From positions 310,001-374,000 of the forward strand of contig OZ024755.1 of NCBI GenBank assembly GCA_964016885.1: 64,000 bases of DNA. The letters are read 5' to 3'. Origin of the DNA: Eledone cirrhosa (taxonomy: Eukaryota). Shown here in pieces: positions 27,224 to 38,498 of the stretch. A program made the position numbers and the translations under genes. The stretch's first letter is position 1. The number at the start of each line of letters is the position of its first letter. The notes below the pieces were generated by a model. That model made no database searches and had not been told where the DNA came from. It saw nothing but the letters and a program-made list of their open reading frames with translations.

Positions 27224-27450
27224 GTGTGTGTGTGTGTATGTATGTGCGTGTATATATATATATATGTGTGTGTGTATACACCGACTGACACATGAGCAGT
27301 TAACATTATAATTTGTACCATACCATGGTTTCATATAAACATCAGCGGTTAAAGTGTGAACATTTTCATCTCTATTGAAAGTGGTCAGCTTTTATACTTC
27401 TAAGAAACATACACTCTATATGTTTGTGTATTATCATCATATACAAATAA

Positions 27451-27484
<34 letters not shown>

Positions 27485-27559
27485 TATAGATCTTCATGCT
27501 TGGGTACACTGTTCTCTATATTAAATTTTTTCCCTCAGCACTTCGTAAAAGTCAAAGAG

Positions 27560-27599
<40 letters not shown>

Positions 27600-27760
27600 T
27601 AGGCATACACCTACATATACATTAGAGGCACATGCCCCCTTGAAGAATGAGAGAGGACAGAGTTGAATAAATTAAACAGCCACTTAATTAGTAGCTTAAT
27701 TGATCAACTGCAGAAAATTATGAGTTAAAATTGACTCCTGTGGGATTTCAAATGAAAATC

Positions 27761-27792
<32 letters not shown>

Positions 27793-27886
27793 GACCAAAG
27801 ATTAATATGGTTAATTGATTACTCAATGAATATAGTTTTACAATAGATTAAAAGCACTCTACAGTTGAAGTTTTCTGGAGTTATTA

Positions 27887-28108
27887 ATATTATTCAGAAT
27901 ATTAATAAATGAAGACATTCACATAATCAAAGTATATGTTTTATTATATATATTTCGAAGGTACTGTGCTGTTTTTTTAGTACGTCCTCAATTCATGTAT
28001 TTTATCTGACGAGGACATACTGAAAAAACAGCACAGTACCTACGAAATATATATAATGAAACATATATTTTGATTATGTGAATGTCTTCATTTATTAATA
28101 TTCTGAAT

Positions 28109-28113
<5 letters not shown>
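27887..28113. repeat. Family C hairpin element: about 103-bp inverted arms and a 21-nt loop
   Basis: 27887-27989 is the reverse complement of 28011-28113 with a handful of mismatches. The right end runs into (TA)n. Confidence 0.92.
27995..28064 (+). ncRNA. Type I hammerhead ribozyme motif, family C (intact core, palindromic stem III)
   Basis: ATG-ta-TTTTAT, CTGACGA (28006-28012), stem II, GAAA (28044-28047), TATATAT A | ATGAAA CAT. Predicted cleavage after 28055 (AUA). Confidence 0.7.
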
Positions 28114-28140
<27 letters not shown>

Positions 28141-28700
28141 AATATATATATATAAGTGAGAGAGAGAAATATATAAATATATATACACACACACTAACAC
28201 GTCTACATAATGAAAGAACAGTTAGTGGAGACAAGGGTGATCTGATATTTAATAAGTTAATAGTAAATTCGAGATTTTAATTAATCACAATTGCAACATT
28301 AGTAATGGGAACAAGTTTTATGTTCATATTACAAGAATTATCTAAATGACTAACGAGCAGAAAGAGACACAAGTGGACAACCTCACCTTTGTAATTAATT
28401 AAGATACATTCAAATGAAATACAGTGGGAAGTTAGATCTTTAACAGTAAAGTAACCATTCTAAACATGTTTCAGTCTTATCAAACCCCATCAGTAAAATA
28501 TTCACGTACATATACACTACACATGTATATATAAAATATAATAGGGTATATATATATATCTTTATTCATTTGATTATGAGTGAAACTATAGAGCAATGGT
28601 CAAGATTAAGAAATATTTTGTGATATATATATATATTCACACACACACTGTGTATTGAGTATTTTCTTTTGTTTCTAAACATAAATGGATTTATATATAT

Positions 28701-28839
28701 ATCTTTATTATATATAGAAATTACTTTTACAGGACTAGAACTGTTTCATTCATATAAAATTTTCAGGAATGTCCTGATGAATTGCCATGAATGAAACAGT
28801 TCTAGTCTTGTAGAAGTCATTTCTATATATGATAAAGAT
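28701..28839. ncRNA. Family B hairpin with a plus-strand hammerhead motif (intact core, weakened stem I)
   Basis: Imperfect palindrome. CTGATGA at 28774-28780, ATT/AAT stem II, GAAA at 28793-28796, stem III ACAG/TTGT, GUA site after 28812. The minus-strand copy has a broken core (CTGAAAA). Confidence 0.6.
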
Positions 28840-28974
28840 GCCTAAACTCTACCAATGTATTGAGTCCCTTTTATCCCCCCCCCCCCACGTGTTGATACAT
28901 GGTAAGGTAGCTTAAAAGTTAACATCATATGTGATCTATTAAGGTCCCACTTTCAGTTCAGTACTGGTCCAGGG

Positions 28975-29205
28975 CCCATCAATGTATCAGTACTACCAGG
29001 ATCAATACTTGTACCACCTTTGTTCATATTCTTCATAGATGACCTGCCAATGCCTGTGAAACTGAGTTGTACCATTACACTGGTAAACCCATGCTGGTTG
29101 TACAAGATGAACAGTGTGGCAGTTGCTAGCTTAAACAGAAGTGTTGTTGAGATGAAAGGTTGTGTAGATGATTACTGGAAGGGAATGCTTGAGGCATTAA
29201 AATAA
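28975..29205 (+). pseudogene. Degraded CR1/L2-type reverse transcriptase fragment
   Basis: VLPGSILVPPLFIFFIDDLP resembles the GVPQGSILGPLLFxIxINDLP RT motif. Confidence 0.55.
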
Positions 29206-30049
29206 AAAGATATGATGAAGCTCATAAGCCCATGAATTGCACAATTATAGATGAATATACCCTAACTCCTGGGGGAGTTGAAAGGTTGCCGTTGTGACAT
29301 ATAGCATTTCTTGGGCATTTTTTAAAACCTGGCAGAGCCCATCTCCTCCCAAGGCCTGAACATATTTCTGGAGAAAGATAGAAAGTGATAGAGAGAAAGT
29401 GAGAAAGAGATATAGAGAAAGAATCGACCTAAATACTAGTCTGGTACTTTTTTTCATCAAGCTTGAAAGGATGAAAGACAAAGTTGAACTGAGACCTCTG
29501 AGAGTTGGAACAAATACAACAAAGCACTTTATCTGATGTTCTAATGACTCTACCAATTTGCTGTCTATGCACAATTACAAACTGTGAAAAAAATCACCTT
29601 GGGGTTCTGGACATAATCATAGACAAGATGGTGTGGGCAACATATAACGCCTGTGGATGCATAACAGATCTCTGTAGAGGCTTCGACAATTAAGCAAACA
29701 TCTCATTTAAGTTAGATTAAAAAGGCAGAATACCATTTTATAAAACATAAATCTAAAACTTTCTGAGTATAGCTGTCTACACTAAAAGAATGAATCAAAC
29801 AGCTGACTGCAGTTCAAAACTTGGAACAATGCTAATGCTGGGTAAGATAGGGTGAAAGTGGTGTAACATGTGTGGCCTATAAGCTACCAGTATAAACAAA
29901 ACCACACATTTATATATCTACAAACACACATATATATGTATGTTATTTGATTCTGAGCTACAATTCAGTTGTATATAGCACAGGGTGTTACTTGCTTTAA
30001 CACCACCACCTAGTCAAGGGATGCTTTTAGCAGAGTTCATTTTTGTTGT

Positions 30050-31480
30050 AAACATTTGTGGTAGGCACTCAGCAAGGAATTTCTCTGACCACTCAATGCA
30101 ATGCCCCCAACCCCAGATGCCAAAAGATAATTCTCCTCCTTTCCTAACATCCACGAACTGATACGACTTACAACCTACACATTACTTACTAACACACAGA
30201 CTCCACCTCCTGTTCCTCTCCATCACACAAATTGCTTAACCGCTGGATATTGGCAACAAAGACTTCCAGTTACCGAGGCTTAAAGTCCTCCCCTTATACT
30301 CCAAACTCCTACCAATTACCAACAACTCTTCAACCATCTTCATTTCTATACTGAGGTCATCTATCTCAGCAACATCTTTGAAGAAGGGTGAACTAACTCC
30401 AATGTGAAGAATTCTTCTTGTTATTCCCACACATCTTACACTGATGCTGCCAGTATACATACTCAATATTTTGCAATTCCCAGCCATATTCCATCAGAAT
30501 TAACTAGGCATGTTTCACATCCTACACACAACAAAACTTTACTATCATCACATGAGTCCCAAGTGATTCACTTATAACTACACCCTACTTCTGCACTACC
30601 CCTAATTATGAATAACACAACTAAACCCTTTAATATCTCTACAACTATGAGGCCTCACAATCACTGAGGATCTCTCATGACAATTCACACAGATTGTAAG
30701 TTCTTCCATAGTCCAAGCTGCTACTGAACCTTTTGGTCCTTTACCTAAAGACTGTCTATCAATAGAATCCTCTTATTTCATTTCTCAATCATGGTGGTTC
30801 TCTGATACTCTCGCGGTGATACCTTTGCTGCCTGCTTTACATCAAACTCTACATTGCAGAGATGAGATAAACCTCTTCCCAAACTACTTAATCCCATGGA
30901 AATATTTCAATCTTTTGAAACATTGTCATTCCCAAGAAGATAATCCAGCTCAACTCGCCATCTATGATCCTATCACACTAATGGAGATTAACAATATCTT
31001 ACAGCACCATAAGTCTATTTTTTTCCTTAATGAGTAACAGCTGTTTTTGTAAAGCTAAATCAGTTCCTCCATTGGAGACCTACTCTGCTATGCCACACTG
31101 TACTGAGCTCTTGCCCTAAAGTAAATTAGTGAAAGCAGTGTTATTACACTCAACATCAGCAAATCCTTCAAGTGCAAACCTGCCAAGTCTGCCATTTATG
31201 TGTTCAGTCCCTCTCACATCTCCTGGACCTCATATACTCTCTCATACAACAATGATCTTACTTGTTATCAACCACAGCATGTAACCTGAGCCTTCACCCC
31301 TCTCCCCAAATTTTAGGCCTTACTATCATTGAGTAGGTCTCTGGTGTACGGACAACCTTAATATAGAGCATCACAAAGACTAGCTCTTCTCTTGAGAGTC
31401 AGAAAATACCTCAGATCTCAACTATAACCAATAATCTACAAAGTTAAGCTGAGACAACTGATCCCACATTTGGGATGCTA
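30050..31480 (+). pseudogene. Highly degraded LINE (L2/CR1-like) remnant
   Basis: C/T-rich coding-like stretch with LNISKSF (similar to LDISKAF) near 31149 and RLALLLRVRKYL near 31377. Many stops. Boundaries are approximate. Confidence 0.4.
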
Positions 31481-31483
31481 ATG

Positions 31484-31519
<36 letters not shown>

Positions 31520-32703
31520 GCTACTACAAAAGGTTACTGAATGAGGAAAATTCACGAGAGGGAGAGAGAGAGACTGCTGTATACAGGTCCAACAGATGGA
31601 CCAGGCTATTGACATTGAGAGGAATATGGTTGAAATGGCCATTAATAATATGACAGCAGAGGAGCGCAGCAAGACCAGGGAGAGTCACTGAGATGGTAAA
31701 TAATAATAAAAATAAAAGACATAACATTGAAGTTATTTGGATTGTCAATCATGTGATACAAGAAGACATTCTCAATGACCAGTATAGTAAAATCTATCAA
31801 CTACTACTACGGTAAATGTGATGCTTGAGAAAGAAACAACTTCTAAGACATCAAACTAATGAACCAAATAAAGTAACAGATAATATTGCAGCAGAATAAA
31901 CTAGAAACGAACATGGCACAAGTACAAAATGGATCTGTTTTGTATCAAGATGCAATACCTATATATATCTTGTTTCTCGGTCTCTTTTTTATGCATTTGA
32001 TATCAGTTGCGAGAATACTGCCTTAAAAGGTCTTGTTTAATTCATGCCAACATGGAAAACTGATGTAAAACAGATGATATATACAGACACATACGACTGT
32101 GTTAAGATGTTTGCTTCACAACCACATGGTTTTCAGTTCAATAACACAATATGTCTTGTACTATAGCCTAAGACTGACCAGTGTTTATATTGGTAAAGGG
32201 AAACTGTGCAGAAGACCACCCTGCATATATGTGTGTGTGTGTGTGTGTATGTGTGCCTGTGGGTGTGTGTGCCTGTGTGTCATCAATCTGACACCACTTG
32301 AGCAGAAAGTGAATACTGTGGGATGATATGTAGAAGGAAGTGTGGAATGAAGTGAATTATAAATGTATTATTGAGCCTATATGGAGGTGGTGGCGGGTGG
32401 AAACTAGTGATTAAGTGACGTGTGAGGCTGGAAGATACAGGAGAATCAGTAAAACATTTGAAAGGGAGCAGAAGTGTGTTTGTAATGAGAAGGCAGGAGA
32501 ATGGGTGTGAGCAAAGATGTGTGAGAGGGTGGGTATACTTCGATGTGTACCTCACAGAGTACAAATGCATACATGCGTACATATGTATGACAAAGTATAT
32601 TTTAAGAGTAGGTAATTTCTGTTGTGTATGTAACTAAGTGTGTGTGTGTGTGAGAGAGTATAACTGGATACAAGTGGATGAACACAATCACAGTTTTCAA
32701 TAT

Positions 32704-32907
32704 TTAACCCTTTTGATACCCAGTTGAAACCTGCTGGGATTCTATCATACAAAGCTGTTCATTTTAAAATGTAAATAGTTCTCTAAACCCCTTCCACCAT
32801 AATTTTATATAAGAATATATATTAAGTTTCAAACACTAGTTTAATAATTGCTCCAAAATCTTTTGATTATTTTAAAAATCATTTAAAAGTGATAATGAAA
32901 TGGTTAA
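32704..32907. mobile_element. TTAA-flanked MITE family (piggyBac-like ends), representative copy
   Basis: ttaacccttttgatacc...gaaatggttaa. Related copies at about 10585-10830, 20130-20325, 21140-21340, 44545-44785, 45350-45690, 51820-51980, 53222-53485 and 61510-61670. Confidence 0.6.
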
Positions 32908-33332
32908 GAAAAACTAAAAACAAACACACAAAAAAATTAATGAAATACAAAGAAAAATCATTTTTTGATTTCTCACTTTTCTGACAATTCAAAAAATTGA
33001 TTCTTTAAGAAAGATCCTGTCATTAACCTGAGCCTCTGACAAATCATATTCACTTAAAGTAGGGATCACTTAGAACAGGTATCAAGTTTACAAAATATCC
33101 ACTGTGAAGATAAAGTTTCATTTAACAGTCTTTAGTCATTCATGAAGATATTTAGAAATTGATAAATTTTAAACACCATATTTAACTAACACATTTTAAA
33201 TGTACAGTATGTGTGTGTTGCAAAAAGGTAGTAAAAATGATGATGATGATGATGATATATTCAATTTTTTAAAGATTAACATTCTCATCAATTGAAAATG
33301 TTTTTCTTTAAATCGGATCTAAATCTATTGTG

Positions 33333-33380
<48 letters not shown>

Positions 33381-33817
33381 AGAGAGAGAGAATGATTATT
33401 TATGTTTTCTTGCGCTATGTTCTTCTCCATAAGAATCTTCATGTTTCCTGAACATATAAATGCCTAAATAAGAGATAGCTATTGAAAATTAAACTCCCAT
33501 TTATATCAATTGACACACATTGCAGACATAAGAGAAGCTAGATGTTAAAAAGAAACCACCACAATATCACCAGTTTCTAGCACACAAAGACATATAATAA
33601 TGTAGAATATGGTGAGATTTTTCTTACTAAAACACTGCTCAACTCTCAGAACATACAAATGTGGTTACTTAGCATGCTAGAAATAGTAGTCAATTAACAT
33701 TCATACTCTCCTAAAATAAATAACACATTGGATAATGCTTATGTTTTTTTTATCAATTTATTTATTTATTATGGTTTAGTGTGCGCTGTGCCCATGATCC
33801 TTTTCAAGGTCTCTGAA

Positions 33818-33868
<51 letters not shown>

Positions 33869-36340
33869 AAATATCCTTAAGCCAGAGAGACCTGGCTTGA
33901 ATGTTTGCTACAGAGTAGCCTCTGTTAAAGCCCCCCAACACCACCAAAAGGCAAAGTGGTGATTGTTAAACTGGGTGACAGATTAACTCAAACTCTCAAG
34001 TAAACTAAAATGGTATTTGCAATGAGGAAGTACCAGGACAAATACTAACAATTCCACCACCGGTACTGAGAGAATGAAAAGTAAAGTTGATCTTGGCAAC
34101 ATTTCAACTTAAGATTACAAAGAATCAGAACAAATACCATGGACAGGGCTGGATTAACTGTTTTTTTGTTTTTGTTTTTTCGGCAGACATTATTAGCAGT
34201 CTTTGAAGTATTTAAGGCTTCAAAAAGATTTAATCTGGCCTTGACCACAAAACATTTCCTCCAATGCTTTAACAAGCATCTTATAATCCTAGATACATTA
34301 GAAAACATGGCAAGATGGTCATGGCTGGAGTACATTTCACAACAGACCTGCTGATGTGTGTGTGGTGGGGGACATCAACAACACCAATATGTCAACCATT
34401 TCACCGTTGAAATCTCAATAATCAATAATTCAGAAGACAAATTTAAATTTATTTTCTTTTTAATTTTCATATTCACTTACCTCTGTCTATCTTTTTTTGT
34501 TTCTCAGCTGTAAGAAGTACTAGATACTTCTTCTAGTCTGCTATGGCTTACTAGTTCTATACAGACGTTTAAAATGATTAAATAGATGCTATTTAATTAA
34601 AGGCTATTTGACCTATTCACTGATATATAGGCTCATACAACTGTTTAACTGAGTCCATTGGTACCTATAATACTCCCCTACAAAGCTGGATGAACCACAA
34701 AGCAAAACATGCACAAATGTAGGGTATCGAGAGAAGAGGGGCACCATTTTATTTAAATTAATTCTATTTGTTATAAAAAAAATAAAATCACTGACTTCTA
34801 CATTCATTCTCTTGTTTTGCCCTTTATTTCATCTTTCTCTTCTTTACAACTTCTTGTTTACTTTCAGTACTTAGGGACCCCAAATCACTTAATCTCACCT
34901 GGTCTATATATTCCAAATCTGATTAGATTATAGAAATTGTATACTCACCAAATAGGTAGAAAAATACACTCTTCTCACTCTTAGATTTGGGGGCACAATA
35001 ACAACAAAATGATGTACAAGCTCTGAATACAACCAAAGTAGTGTTGTGTGTTTTGGTCAAAACCTCACTGTATGACCAGTAGCAATATATGGTGGACTCA
35101 TACTGCCATTAATAGAAAGACTTTTCCAAATGGGTATTAGCATTCACATGTTTAAAACACAAACACATACATATGTTTGTGTGTGTATGTATATATATAC
35201 ATACATACCTGTATTACATTAGATATTTTTTCACTGCTCTTTCTACATTTCTACACAAGTACACAATATTTGTTTAAAAGGTTACAAAATCTGTTGACTA
35301 CCCTCTTCAACCCCACCATCAACCCCACCGTCAACACTACCATCAACCCGAGCATCAAGTAATGCCAATACTTTAAATGAGATAGGGTTAAGTAAATGAA
35401 ATAGATAAAATCAATACCTGTGAGAATTGTACAATTATTCAATAAAAGTACACAAACACATACATCATATATACACATATATATATACACATATATATAC
35501 ATCATATACACAAACATAAACATAAAAAAATATATAGTTGAAAGGAGTTCAATGTTTATCTGGTTACTATAATGAAAGTACAAGTTTTTAAAAAAGCAGG
35601 GTTTTTATCAAAGGGAGTTCTTTTTTCAAAGCTTAACAAACACACATTTCTCCATTGAGAATAAAGAGCAGAAGCTAGTTTTCAATACACAGTCCTTGGG
35701 TTTGTTAACAGCCGAAGCAAAAATCATTATTTATTTAGATACTACCGATCTACTAGAACATCTATTAGTACTATGTTTACGTTTTAATAGTTAAACTACT
35801 AAACCTACCAAAGATAGACTTGACTTATCTGATATCTCCTTGGTAAGCAGAACATAAAATGAATAAATAAATAGATAAATGTAAATAAATAAATAATTAT
35901 ATATACATAAATATATGCAAATATGTATATGTATATATATATATATATACACACACATTCATATATATATATTGATAGGTGTGTGTGTATATATATATAT
36001 ATATACACACATTCATATAAATATATATATATATATATATTCATAGATGTATATATATATGATATATAGTGTGCAATGTTGAATATTTTTATAATTTTTT
36101 TTCAAGTTTTCTATTCATTTTCCTGAACAATAGAAATCTCTGTGGAATTCGGTAAATATGCTAATATAGACAGAATAAGAAGAAGTTTCAGGTCAACATT
36201 AAAATAAATGTGTTTCACAAATGGAAGAAGCCATATATATTCTATTTGAAGTTTAATTGAATATTGTCTTATCTTGAAGAAAATAGATAAATAAATAAAA
36301 GAAAGAGAAAAAGAAAAAGAAGAAATGCTAGATAGATAGG

Positions 36341-36416
<76 letters not shown>

Positions 36417-37326
36417 GGTAGATAGAGAGATAGATAAAGAGAGAGAGATATAGGCAGGTAGATAGAGAGAGAGAGAAAGAGAGAGAGATACAGGCAGGTA
36501 GATAGAGAAGATATTAAAATGTAGACCAGAATGAAAACAGAAACAATCTTTATATTCATATTCAATTGTTAAAATGGTGGAAGAGTAACTGCTGCATGTT
36601 TTGTGTACCTGTACTGAGTAAGGAACAACACATGAAAAGATAACATCAAGTCTCATATATATATATATATTTCTTGGTATATGTTTCTCTCTCTTTGTTT
36701 CTTTGTCAATATATCACTTTCCATCTTTCTCTAATAAAATAATATATGACATATCTAGCTAGACTTACTAAAATAGTTTAACTTATTCAATTTAGCAAAA
36801 GTACTTGGAATTCTATGATGACAAATTGGTAGAGTTGTTAGAGAAGCTGGATTAAAAGCTTTCTAGTTTTCATTTTGGCTCCCTTTCACACTTAAAATCC
36901 TGACAACTTTGCCTTTCATCCTCGTTTTTTTTAAATTTTGCTAAACTGTTTAACTCATTTAATTTAGCAGAAGTTAAGGGTTGACACACTTGTTTTCTGA
37001 AGACCTTCTGCTGTCCAGCTCTCTTGAGTGTGTCTTACCACCATCATCAGAGTTTTAAAGTAAGGGTTTGGCAGAATCAGAGTCTTAGATTACATATTTA
37101 CAGTATTTGTTCTGGTTCCTGGAGCTCAACTCGTGCTGAGTTCAACTCCCAGAACAGAGGCAGTGAATTTACAGAATTAATGGACAAGATACTTTGCAAT
37201 ATCTGTTCCAGCTTTCTGTGTTCCAAGTTTAAATTCTGTATCTTGTAAAAACCTAAGAAATAATGGTCACTACCTACATTGCTTGAATACTCAAATTGCA
37301 GCACAAAATTGGTATCATGCTTCTGT

Positions 37327-37399
<73 letters not shown>

Positions 37400-38269
37400 G
37401 GGGGGGGGGGGCAGTGGTCTAAAAGAACCAACACAAAATGGAGTGAAGGTGCTTTAGATAAGTAGATAGAGTGAAAAAAGATAAAGGGAAAAAGGTCTTG
37501 GTGATAAAGAGAGAGCAGGGGAGAGAGAGAGAGATAACATTTTAAAATCAGTATTGGTGAGGGTGGGGGGAAGAGTGACAAACACCAACACTACTGCTAC
37601 TGCAGTAAATTACATTTACCAAAATTTGTTTAAAGTAATTTCAATTTCTTCCTTTTCTTTCATAGTAAAATGTAGTTTATATAAGTCAAGCTTCTTTCAG
37701 GAAGATTTTCTCTTAAATGGCAAAAAAGCAGCATACTACTCAAAGAAGGATGTAATGATTTTTAATGAGCGATAAATTCTTAACGATTAGGATGCGCAAT
37801 TAATTAAAACTGAGAAATCAATGCACATATTAAAGATAATCGTTCCATCTCTTTGAAAAGTTTAAGTCAGTGTTCCCTCTAGATATATTTATAATTAAGT
37901 CAAAATAATAAAAAAATACATACATCCCATGATTCCGTGAGTGTTTTCCTTATATATGAATGCATGCATGTACACACATTATTTATATATATGTATATAC
38001 ACACACATATATGTATATATATGCACACACATATATATATATATATACATATATGTGCGTGTAAAATGGTGGTTGTTGTTGTTGTTTACTTACAGTAAAG
38101 TAGAAAAGCTACAACAAAAACACAAAAACCACAAAAAATAAAACAGTGTTAGTAAAGCCATGCAACAAAGCTAATGCTTTAATCTGCATTGATCTTTCCT
38201 GTTTTGTTGTTTTTTTTTGGTCCATGTTCTCCTTTTAAGTTGAAAATGAAAATACAGTAAAGCCTTCGT

Positions 38270-38296
38270 TACTAACTTATATATTTTCTCTTTCAG
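38270..38296 (+). promoter_or_regulatory. Branch point, polypyrimidine tract and 3' splice acceptor of the nested gene's coding exon
   Basis: TACTAAC at 38270-38276, then ttatatattttctctttcAG. The exon would begin at 38297, 202 nt before the ATG. Confidence 0.7.
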
Positions 38297-38498
38297 AATC
38301 ATCTAATGATAGAGAAATTGCAGATGAAAAAAAGAAGAACAAACAACAACACAAAAACAAACAAAAACATATATAAATATATATATATATATATGTATGT
38401 ATATATGTACGTATAGTGCCTCAGAAAAACGTGCTTGAATTAAAAAAAAAAAAAAAACAGATAAAAACAATTTAAAGATAAACCAAAAAAAAAAAAAA

